Assembly (NCBI GenBank): GCA_964188305.1
Contig: OZ076888.1
From: Podarcis bocagei
Lineage: Eukaryota
Reading direction: 5' to 3' (one strand)
Length of the DNA stretch: 64,000 nt
Numbering within the stretch: the stretch's first letter is position 1; each line of letters opens with the position of its first letter. The notes beneath the pieces were generated by a model, which was not told the DNA's origin, did no database searches, and worked only from the letters and a program-made list of their open reading frames with translations. This document shows positions 15,385 through 26,645 of the stretch, in pieces. The translations under genes were made by a program, and so were the position numbers.

Positions 15385-15654
15385 CTCTCCTGGATACGGT
15401 CTCTTCATGGCCTGCATAGGCAAAGACTGGGGACGCGGGCCAGGGTAGGCTTGCTGTGGCATCCTTTGCCCGTGGTTGAAGGGATTCATTCCAGGCGGCC
15501 TGGGCTGGTTCATGCCCATAGGTGGCCCACTCATACTGGAAGGCGTCATGCCCGCTCCCATACTGGCAGGGTTCATGCTGCCTGGCATGGAAGCCGGGCC
15601 ACGGGGGCCAGGCTGGTTCATGAACTGGCTGTTGTAAGCCTGAGTTGGACCCAT
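15385..15654 (-). CDS. ZMIZ1: ZMIZ1 exon, [19 protein letters not shown]...MKRPYPGE (alternative acceptor extends to 15672, adding VCSSFQ)
   Basis: Acceptor ttccag|ATG, donor GAG|gtgagt; 270 bp; second in-frame AG 18 nt upstream. Confidence 0.95.
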
Positions 15655-15931
15655 CTGGAAAGAGGAACAAACCTTCAACAGAAGAAGAAAAAAGAATAAA
15701 ATGCGACATGCATTTAAAATGGGAGGGGGAGCCAAGTTGAAGGGAGTCGGGGATATGTCGCATTTTAAAATCAGCAAATGGGGAGGGCGGTAGCGTTCCT
15801 CCGCCTCTATTTCTGCTTGCGGCAGGTGTAACTGGAATTCTAAAAGTGACTAAAAAGTATGCAAAAGTTAGTAAGCTTCTCAGAGCCATGGGAACTCCAT
15901 GTTGTGGCCTGTAATATATGTTGTACACGTC

Positions 15932-16028
15932 TACTTTTTGTTCTGTGGTGCTTCAAAATAAACTCATAATAAGTATACGTTGTACACTTACTATGAGTTT
16001 ATTTTGAAGTACCACAGAACAAAAAGTA
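15932..16028. repeat. Near-perfect inverted repeat, 47-bp arms with a 3-nt loop
   Basis: 15932-15978 is the reverse complement of 15982-16028 with 3 mismatches. Confidence 0.92.
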
Positions 16029-16794
16029 AAGGAATGCACCACTACCTACTATAGTTGGGTTTTTCAAAAGGGATAAAAAGTCATGAGGTAAGTTTTGGGA
16101 GCAGAACCTGTGACATTCTGCATGTTCTCTATCACTGAGCTTCCCCCATTCTTGGAGAATCTCCCCCTCTTACTTCCCTCCATTTACTCCTACACTCTTC
16201 ATCCTGTGGTTTAACCCATTGTCATCCCATAAGAGGACCCACACTCTTATTCCAACAATTGTGTTGCCCAAATCTGGTAGTCCTCCCTCATGTCTCTTTA
16301 CATCTCCTTCAGAACTTCTTTATGCTTTTGCCTAATAGTCCTTCTGCATTGGCAGGTTTTCACAGCTCTCTGGATGTCATTGGCTTTGCTGCTCTGATGT
16401 CACAGAACAACTCACCAGCTGAATGCTTTAAAGGCTACACAATCTAAATTTTGAGGTACATAATCAAAACTCTTTTAAACTGAATTGCTTCATCTAATGT
16501 AGTAAACCACTAACTTCCAAAGATTTCTTTGTCAGTGCACAATGCTTGAATGGTCTCCAAGAAAAGACATTGAACCCTTCTATTCATGTATGTTTTAGAG
16601 ATGAAAGGGAAGAAATGCCACTGCTTCTCTTATAGGTCAGGTGGTTGTATTTTAGAGTAAAGGGCTCAGGAGCAAAGGTCTAAGACTGGCTTACAGGGTG
16701 AAAAAAATCTCCTAGGTAAAGAAAACATAGCTCTGATGCAAAACTTCAGGCCAGCCATCAAATGTATACAAGAGACTTTCTCTCTCTTGCTTAA

Positions 16795-16920
16795 TCATAG
16801 AATTATAGAGTTGGAAGGGCCCCAGAGGATCATTTAGTTCAGCCCCCTGCAATGCTGGAATATGCATTTGTCCCATACAAGGATTAGACCTGCAATCTTG
16901 GCATTTTCAGCAACATGCTC
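16795..16920 (-). mobile_element. CR1-type 3' end fragment
   Basis: ATCATAGAATTATAGAGTTGGAAGGG...TCAGCCCCCTGC resembles the reverse CR1 terminus. Confidence 0.5.
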
Positions 16921-17663
16921 TAATCTAGGTATGAACTTTTTATTTCTCAGGCCTCTCTTCCAGGACCCTAAATGAGTCTAACACTTAAGATACAGGTGGT
17001 GATGCTTTCTTTTCACTAGAAAGGGGAGCTTCATAGGTTTACAAGTAAATAAGTTCCTGGTGGTGAGCTAGGAAGCTGCAGAAAACATTGGGTTCAAAGA
17101 GTGGCTGAGCAACTAGAAGCTGGGTGTGTTAGCAGCAAAGATAGGCCATCTATAATAACCAACATATATATTCAGGAACTTTTCTGCCCCTTTAATTATT
17201 TGAGATATCTAGAGAGGGCTTTGCCCTTCCTTCCTTTTGTGATGCAAAATCTTCAGAACACGGCTCTTTGTGGTAGCCTTATTTATAACTCTTGAACCAA
17301 CATCCCAGGAACCCCTCTAAGCCATCTCATTACTAGAAGTCTGGTTGTTTCTCATGGGTTTTAAAAGTTATGGTGTTTCTTTACTGCTTTCTTTGGTTTT
17401 AATCTGTTACACATTTATTAATTATGGTTTTTCCTCTATTTGACTTTATAGTTCCAGTTGTGACTGACGGTATATTTAACTTGTCAACCTTTTTTCCAGA
17501 AAGGGTGATTAATGTATTTAAGAATTAAAGAAAACGAAGGAGCATTTCCATCCAGCAATCACCTGCTTCTTGCATATGCAGTACATTCCAGAAAATGGGT
17601 CAAGTTTTTGTAACTTGAAGTTACCAATTATGCCTAAAGCATAATAAAGGGGAAATGACTCTA

Positions 17664-17921
<258 letters not shown>

Positions 17922-19354
17922 TCAGTGTTCGAGCTTGCATTTGGGACTATAACAGAAACAATATACGGGGGGGGGGGGGGGAGGGAGAGATGTGCAGAAT
18001 GAAAGTGAGATGCTACAGTTATATACCAATATTTGATAATCCCCGTACAGAGTTTAGGGAATTCTGCAACTGCAGCATAACTCTGGATGCTTTCAAGTAG
18101 AATGTTTCCCCCCACAGAATTGAGTCACTTTATACTTCTCTGCTGATTTCTTCTGCTACTTTAATTCTCACACCTCATTCCAGGTGGCAATCCTTTGCAA
18201 ATTCCCCTCTTCTCCCCTCCCAAGAGTATCCACTGCAAACGTACTATTTACATTCATGCTCAATTCCCAAACCCACCCCAGTCCCAGCTTTCTGATTGTT
18301 TTTGTTCCCTTTCATGAATTCTGTAATCCCCATCCGCTGAGAACTTTTGCAGGGAATTGCTTTTATCCATTTGCCTATTTTCTCAGAAATGTGGTGGCTC
18401 CAGAAAAATTCACCAGGCACCCCATCTTCAGGCAACCTGGAGGAAGGAAGGGCTTCCCCTCCTCAGTGGGGGCAATGACAGCACGTTGGGGTACTTGGTA
18501 GGTCTAGGTGTGCCAATATGTATTGATGACAACATCAGTCTGCATAAACATAAATCAACGAGGCGTGCCTGAATTGTTTCTGAACGATGCAGATAAATAT
18601 AACCATCTCAGACCAATGTTTTGTCAGATGAATTTTCTGTGGTGACAATTTGAACGCAAGCACAGTATTGTTGGGCCTCAGATTCAGTCACATTCAAAGA
18701 TCATTCTCTCATGCAAAGCAGCAGTACTTGTATCCATCAATATCCTTCTCCTCCTAGCTTAGCAAAATGTTAATCATGGCTAAACTGTGGTTTGTGTCAC
18801 AATTTCAGAGTTAATTAAAACTTTATTTTAGGTGTTTATTAGAGTTAATTGATTGACCTAAGTCATTTGCAAATCATTTCCTGCTACTGTGATTAATTTC
18901 CCTCTGAGTCTAGACAGCCTTTTTTTTTTAAAGCAACTATGTAGCTTTACTAGGCATAGTTAACTGTAACCCCTTCAGACTTTTTGCGTAAGCAGGGGGA
19001 AGAAATTGACAGCATGATTATCCATTAACAGTACACTATACTGTTAAGGCTCCAGCTCCTATGCTTATGTCACCCTCTTCTTTCACTGTTTTTTTCAAGA
19101 ATGCCCTAAAGCTGGGACTGTGATTTTTATTCCCTTATTGCAAAGGTGATGAACAATAAGAAAAGTGAAATTTCAGTAAGCTAACCATCTTATAACTATA
19201 TATAGTTTAGGTTCAAAGACCCCATAACTACATAACTTTCAGTAAGACAACCATTTTATAACCATATTATAGAACACGGGTGTCAAACACAAGGCCCGCG
19301 GGCCAAATCCGGCCCGCCAGACCTCGCCATGTGGCCCGTGTAGCCGCCGTTCTC

Positions 19355-19660
19355 GCTGCTGTTCTCGCCCGTCCAGTGCACCATCGCCTGGTTGTGCGCC
19401 GCGTCACCTCTCAGCACGAAGGAGGTGGTGAGCAGAGATGCCGCCTCCGGAGCTCCCCCGCCGGCACGACCCCACAGGCCGCCCGCCTCGTCCCGCGGGC
19501 TGCCGTGTCTCTGGCGCCCGCTCCGGTCCAGCGGGCGCGCCGCCCAGGAGGCGCCCAGCGCGAGCAGCAGCAGCAAGCAGAGCGGAGCTGCCTGGCCGGA
19601 CGCTCCTCCGCGCGCCCCGGCAGCCGCTGCTGGCGCCGTGCTCGGCCTCCGCTGCGCCGC
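19355..19660 (-). pseudogene. SORCS2: Captured SORCS2 exon-1 coding fragment (signal peptide, propeptide, start of VPS10 domain); GC-rich upstream sequence extends to about 20080
   Basis: Translation AQRRPS...[15 protein letters not shown]...[29 protein letters not shown] matches my recollection of SORCS2 MAHRGPS...LLLLLLLLGACGAA...[28 protein letters not shown]. The FVL(K/R)GD and WTGENSS residues favour SORCS2 over SORCS1/3. The start-Met position is GCG and no exon 2 follows. Confidence 0.88.
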
Positions 19661-20640
19661 CGCCGGCGCTGCCGGGCAGGGATGCGAGTCTGGCAGGCGA
19701 GACACGGAGGTGGAGGACGGGAGGGAGCGAGCCGAGATGGAGGCGGGAGCGCGGCGCGGACGGCGGTGTGGAAAACAACGTGCCAGCAGGGCTTCCACGC
19801 CCAGGCGAGGCGCAGCCCCACCGAGCCCCGGAGCCCGGCCGGCCGCCTTCCCCGATGGCTGCTGGCAGCAGGGCTGTAGCAGGCGCACCGGAGCAAGTGG
19901 ACGGGAGCCCTGCGCCCGCGCCTCCTCCGCCTCGCTTGCCACGGAGGACAAGGGGAGGCGGCTGCCTCAGGCAGCAGGATCCACAGGGGCAGCTCGGTCC
20001 ATAGTGGAAATTTGCTTCCTCCACCAGCGCCAGATCTGGTGCCGTGCGGGCGCCTCACCCGCCCCGAGCCAAGGGAGCACAAAATAATGATAACAATGCC
20101 TATTTATTCTATTGGGGGGGGGCACCAAATTTTGTCCTCACTCAGGGTGGGTGCCATATTACCAAAGTCCGCCCCTGCCCCCCCCTCAATGGGATTTGAA
20201 ATCCAGGGATTTGAAATCCAATACATTCCTAGGAGTGCCCCTGTCCGTACTGAGTAAGGCCCTCAGCCCCTAAAAGCAGACGATACCAACTTTTCAACAT
20301 TGTGATAGTGATGTTGTGATATGGTAGCAATATATTGCAGTGTTGAAAAGCAGAGGGAGGAACAAGCAGCATTGGCCCCCCTCAGAAACTGGGGTGCAAC
20401 CGGCACATCTCTCCCCCCCCACCAGCGCCTGGCACAGGGAGGAGGCAGCAACAGGCGGAGAAGGAAGAGAAGGCGCAGACAAGCCCCAGCCACAAGACGC
20501 AGTCTGGTAAAGGTGCCCTCAGACTGGGCCTGCACAATGTTATGATACATCACCACAGGGGCAGACTTTAGTAATCTTTCATAACAGGGGTGTCAGCCTG
20601 AATAAAATATTGAGGGGGGCAGGTAGGCCCCACCTCACAT

Positions 20641-20699
20641 CACCATCATCATCATCATCATCATCATCATAATTTATTACTGGTCAAAGACCAGCTTGA
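20641..20699 (-). mobile_element. Short 5'-truncated non-LTR retroelement 3' end nested in the Pack-hAT
   Basis: 9-bp TSD ACCTCACAT (20632-20640, 20700-20708); on the minus strand a hairpin CTGGTC-TTT-GACCAG, then AATAAA, then a (TGA)n tail. Confidence 0.75.
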
Positions 20700-21274
20700 A
20701 CCTCACATAATTTATCACATGCCACACACACCCCATTTAAATGTCAAAGCCCATCAACTTCGGGGGTCTTAGCCTGCTCAAATATTTTAGGCCGATATAA
20801 CCGGCCCTTTGAGGGTGACCAAACTGCTGATGCGGCCCCTGATGAATTTGAGTTTGACACCCCTGTTATAGAAGGACTATAATCTCTCTAGCATGTCAGA
20901 TTTATGATAGTATGGGTCTCTTGGGGTCTGATCAGATTAAGAGACTGGAAGTGGCCCTCAGGTTTGCCTGTTCTTTTCCTCACCTTGGGATGATAAGTGA
21001 GCAACCAAACCAGAAATCACCAGACTTTTATTTCCATATGCAGTCTCCATGTCCTTGTGAAACAGAATTTGATTGTTATTTCACAAGGCCAGGAAGATCC
21101 AATATTCAGATTAATGTGGTTGGTCCTTCCCACAGTGAGGAGTAGGCAAGAGAAACATGTGACTCCCAATCTCAACATAGGCATGAAGTATCAGCTGAAT
21201 AGGCTAACTGCCAAGAGTTTCCTCTGTATACTTCTATATGAATATGGCATTCACTACTAAATGTGGGCTTTAAA

Positions 21275-21408
21275 CAGGGCTGGGGAACCTGTGGCCCTCC
21301 ATATTCCTGGACTACAACTCCCATCATCCCTGACAACTGTCCATGTCAGCTGGGGCTGATGGGAATCTCTCATTCAGTGTCTGGAGGGTCCTAGGTTCCC
21401 TATCCCTG
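21275..21408. mobile_element. Short hAT-type MITE, common squamate family
   Basis: TIRs CAGGGCTGGGGAACC / GGTTCCCTATCCCTG; degenerate TSD gctttaaa/actttaag; internal ACTACAACTCCCATCA palindromic core. Confidence 0.75.
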
Positions 21409-21824
21409 ACTTTAAGAATGGATCAGGCAAGTTCACAGAGAATCAATCCATTGGTGCCTATTAACTGTGAGAATAACATGGATCCTCCATCTACAAAGGC
21501 ACTGTATCACCCTATTCTGGATGTTAGGGGAAGCAACAAGAAAAGCTCATTAGCATCATGTCCTGTTTGTGCCCTTCCCAAAGGCATCCGACTGACAACT
21601 GCTGAGAAAAGAATGCTGGGTTGGATCTAGCAGGTGAGTTTTTATCTGCATGTCTTATCGAGCGGAGGGAGCGTGATATGCCTCTCAGACATGTGTATGT
21701 GGTCCATGTGTTGTATGACAAAGGACCTTGTCATTTAAGCTGCTCCTGCTTAAAATACATCCATTCATTGCCTACTTACATGCCTGAGAAGTGCCAAGTT
21801 CTATTCTACATAAACCAGCCTTAC

Positions 21825-22042
21825 CTTCCCCCAAAGCCTCCACTCCCTGGGTAGTTGGGCCGCCCATACATGCCCGGTTGTATGTACGGCTGATTGGAGC
21901 CTGCCTTGGCCGAGAACTGCTGTTGCTGCCCAGCAAACTGAGGTGAATTCATGCCAGGATTGCTGGTAGTCATCCCAGAAGCCATGGGATTTCCTCCTGG
22001 GTTCATAGGATTGTTAGCATTTGCCATAGGATTTCCCAGCAC
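21825..22042 (-). CDS. ZMIZ1: ZMIZ1 exon, [17 protein letters not shown]...YPGSGGFGG(S)
   Basis: Acceptor caaccag|GTG, donor AG|gtaagg; 218 bp. Confidence 0.96.
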
Positions 22043-23316
22043 CTGGTTGAAAGAAGAAGAAAAAATGGAAGTGGCATCTGAACAGTTCTGACAGCTCTGA
22101 TAGCAGCACTCATTCCATTACAGGAGGTGTAACTCTGTGTCAGGTTGTATGCTTTTGTGCAGACAGTTGCAACTTCAATCTCTGGCAGATCCAGAGAAAG
22201 GATCTTTGGAGGGACCTGGGGTGGGGAGCCTGCTATCTTGAAACACTGCTGTGGACCAATGGACCAATGGCCTGACTCTGTCTAAGGCACCTTCCCTTAT
22301 TGCTCACCCTTATTATCTCAGGTCCCTACCTATCCAGTGGTCTTAGAGCACGGGCTATCTGGAACCACATAAGAGTCCCCAGAACCCCAGATGACTAAAT
22401 TCAGTCTTGGTGATTCCTTATTTTCTCCTCTAGAATCTCCATGGTCCACTAATGTGTTTTACATTTGCAAAGCAAGAATGCAAATTCAGGATCTCTCAAA
22501 GGTTAAATATATAATGAATTGGCATTAAGTGATCGCTCTTGCTTCAGAACATAAGGAATGTGTTGCAGAATAAAATCAAGATGCACCTAGTGCAGCTTTA
22601 GTTTATTTTTAAATCCTATCAACCAGCAATTACTAGGTTATCCACTCGAAATCCCCTGGTGGACAGCGGTCTACCTTCTGCTCATACCTGCACTGAAAGA
22701 TCCTAAGGCTACAGGTCTTGTTGCCTTTGAGAGCATGGGTGTGCCTCGTTTTGCTGCCTGAGGTGAAACAGGAAGGGGCCACCCTGTCCTGCCGCTGCCA
22801 CTGCCTCCTTTACCAGGGTCACACAGAAGTACCCACAAAGTGATGACGATGGTCATGATCTCACAGAGTACATGAGATCTCACAAGATTTTGGTGGGATA
22901 CTGCTGGAAGCTGCCCGAGGCAGCTGCCTCAGCTTCCCTTACGGGCAGGCAGGCCTTGTTTGAAAGCCAGATTTAGGCCCAGTAGAGATGGATGGATCTG
23001 TCAATTTCAATTTCACACAGTGCCTGGTTTTTCCAGTCACTTTGCAGTTTTCCTTTTTCTAATATACAAATCTTTGCAAGCAATTTCCCCATATAATGCA
23101 TTTTCATTATGTTAAACATGCACATCTCTGTGTGCACTTCCTACAGCGAACTGGAGCAGTGTGTCACAAGATTTGGAGAAGCACAAATTTCATAGGATAG
23201 CTATGTTTTGTTTGGGACACGTGAACATGGTAGGTTTAGTGCAAGCCAAACGATCCCCCTCCAGCCTCCTAGAGCCCCAGGAATTATTCTTTTCAGCCTC
23301 CAGCAGATCTGCCTTA

Positions 23317-23523
<207 letters not shown>

Positions 23524-26484
23524 CTAGTATATAAAGTCATACTTTATAATTTAAAGGAGTGCTTGGGCTAGGTGTGAAGAGCAATCTTTTAATTTTCATT
23601 CCCCAGCCAATACACTAGCTTGGTGAACTGCCTGACAGTGATAACATTTACAAAGTTAATAGCTTCTGTTTGGTTGCAAGGAGAGCAATTGCTTTTGCAT
23701 CAGCGAAGGGAAGAAATACGTTTGACAGTGAAGCACAAATGCATATGACAATGATTATGGAGGTGAATGGCAATGAAATTAGTTGAAGCATGAAGAGCTT
23801 CACTTTTGAAACTATGCTACCTGCAGAAGTGGCAAATGGCAATAAATTTGCAAAAGTGGATTTTTAGCAACTGAAGCAACACATGAAGCAAAGTGGATGC
23901 TTGGATACATTTGCTTTGCCAATGTCATTTATTTTTAAGCTCTTGAGCCACCGTGGCTTTAGCTCCCTTGTCCCAGCTCAATCAGGTCTAGACTCCAGCT
24001 CTTTCTTCCTGCACTGGCTCACAGCAATCCTTTAAAGGAACGGCAATTGCTACATGAGCTAAAATTAGAATTCAGAGGGCATCCTCTCACACGTTGCATA
24101 AGCAGCACACCCAAAAACCCCTATTAAGTGTTCTATGAGAACTACTGTGGTACACAGACTAAGAATCAGCCGTGAAACAGGAAATCTGCAATGAATTTAC
24201 TAGGTAAGGGTCTTCTCTCTTTTGGTCCATCATCCCAAATCATCAATCTGGGGATAACAACCCTGACCTGCCTTACAGGGGTTGTTGTACGTATGCTGAG
24301 ATAAAATATATTCAAAGCACTTTGGACATTCGAAAAGCGCTGCATAAAAGCTTTTATTGCTATAAAACCCTGATGTAATAAAATTACATATTTTGTGACA
24401 CATGATAGCCAGGATTATCTGCCCACCCCCACAATAAAATAAACTCATGCATACAGCTAAATAGATCTAGCCTCTCTTTCTGTGAGCTTAGGTTGATATA
24501 GACATAAACAACATGCTCTAAAAAAATCCCCATGACTTTGCTATGTAGCTGATCACATATGGTAGAAAACTCTACAAATGTCACAATCCATTTGCATCAC
24601 AAGCAGGATCTAGATGGATGGTTGATTCCAATACAGCTCAAGAGAGCTTCCTGGAGCACCAAATCTACAGGCATGTGCACAGTCAATCTGACGGGATATT
24701 AAGGAGAACAGGAGGCCTGCACATGTCTCTCACCTCCCTCCTCTTGTGTCAGGCGCAAGAGAGAGTTGGATGATGGACATAAGAAGCCCAATATTCTCCT
24801 AACATCTCATCATGCTGCCTGTTCACACATAAATGGGAAAGGGAATCAGGGCTGTAGGATGCTAACTTTGGACCCTCCATGCACAAGTGCTGCACCTGCA
24901 GATGTGAACAGACCATGCCCGCAGGCACTATATCCACTTGTAAATGTATTATTATTTATTTACTGTATTCTCAAAACCTGCAACCTACAGCTTGGTCTTT
25001 GATGTGTGTCTGCTCTGCGTTAATTGGAATACATGCATATCATATTTTTAAATTTAAATAGGTGCAAGCCATTAACACAGGAATGTAAAATATAAAATTT
25101 CAAGCTTTCCAATATGTATAAATTAAATAACCTTTGAAGACAGGTATGAATGTGATGAATAAATACAGGGGTTATGGTACTGGGCAAAGTCAAGCTATCT
25201 TTTTGTTGAAGTACGATTCTGCTAACTTTGGTTGCTATGATTTCCAGTGCTGGAGCACTTGAGGCTGTTTATTACAGATAATGGAAGCACTCCTACTCAA
25301 AATGTGTGTTACATAAAGCTTTAATTATGTGTAATAATTAAAAACCAGCAGTTAAGTTTTCTTTCTACACGGCATGGGGATCCAAACATGCCAACAGCTC
25401 ACAATCAAAATTGACCTAGCAGGTCCTACCTGTTGAAAATGAGCGATGGACAAAAATAAAAGTAACAATACAAATGGAATAAACAAACTGGATCTGAAAC
25501 ATCTTCTTAACCATGATACATAATTAAGAATGCAAATGTTTATTTTGAGGGCATCCCTTTGAAATGGATATTGTGCATGACTGGAGGGGATGCAATGGGA
25601 ACAGAAACACAATTTAAAGGGTGTTTAGCTTCCTCCAAAACTTAAAACAAGCTGACTTCTCAAGAGTAACAATGGGGGAAGTTTTAACATTAACTTTCCT
25701 TTGGGGGTCAATGCTATTGTAGATAATTTTCTAACCTAAATAAGCATAAAGACACTGGCTTTCAATTTGTGTAACCTGAAGTGGATTGTACCAATGGCAT
25801 CATCACAATCATCTTTTCTTTTTTTTTAAGAAAAAGGAAAGAAAAGAGAAAACATAAATGTGGGCTCCATGTTGCAGATTGGGGCTAGAGGTGAACCGAA
25901 AGGTTGAAGACAACCACCTTAATGCAACCTGAGACTTATAATAGGTGTTGCTATGATGAAGCTACAGGAGACACCAAGGACTGAAAATAATCTGTTAGTC
26001 CGTCAACACTTTTATTTAGACCCTCGTTCTTAGACTAATTATTACCTAGGGAATACTGCACACAACATGGAAATAGGTTGCACTGTGAATACTGAAACTT
26101 GCTATCTAGTAAAAGCTATCAAGTAAATGTGCCAAGAATCGGGATACTAGTTTTTATACCACAGTGTGATTTTATGAAAACATTGTAGCAAAATCCTTCC
26201 ATCAATAGCACAGTAAAGCACTAAAATCAAACAATTAAAGAAACTGCAAGATCAAGGACAAAGTATTTGCTTGCAGTCAGCTGGGACATTAGTTTTCCTC
26301 ATCGTCTGGGACCGTACGTTACAGCCAATTCACTTTTCAGCCTCCTAGCTGCTGCTTCTCTACTGAATGGGTGTCCTGGAAGCGGGAATCCTTTCCTTGC
26401 CAGCTACTTCCCCACTGCAATTCTCCCTGCCATTTTCCCCGTCAGCTGGAGTGTCAGCATCATGTTTCAGTCATGTGCCTAGAA

Positions 26485-26645
26485 CAGTGGTTTCCAATTA
26501 GCTAAGTTCTGCCCCCCCCCCCCCGTTTTTCAGAAGCCAAGCCATGGAACCTTTTGCAAATTTTGATACCTCTATAGTACCTTTTGTTACGTGAATGGTG
26601 CCACAGACCCCCTGCAGTCTGCGGACCACCAATTGGGAACCACTG
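26485..26645. mobile_element. hAT (Charlie-like) MITE
   Basis: TIRs CAGTGGTTTCCAAT / ATTGGGAACCACTG; TSD gcctagaa/gtctagaa (7 of 8). Confidence 0.8.

Larger units (their letters stand above)
19275..20865. mobile_element. Non-autonomous composite hAT element (1591 bp) carrying captured SORCS2 exon 1 and other TE fragments (Pack-hAT)
   Basis: TIRs CACGGGTGTCAAAC (19275) / GTTTGACACCCCTG (ends 20865), 13 of 14 match; perfect 8-bp TSD TTATAGAA at 19267-19274 and 20866-20873; GGCCC subterminal motifs; no transposase ORF. Confidence 0.93.

Noticed and set aside
19355-19660. A genuine SORCS2 gene nested in ZMIZ1
   Set aside because: No start ATG, no splice donor, no further SORCS2 exons recognised in the window, and the fragment is enclosed by TIRs and a TSD.
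19280-20087. Six overlapping ORFs of 188-231 aa as a novel gene
   Set aside because: Extreme GC content depletes stop codons. Only the 19283-19951 minus frame has recognisable homology (SORCS2), and it begins at TTG.
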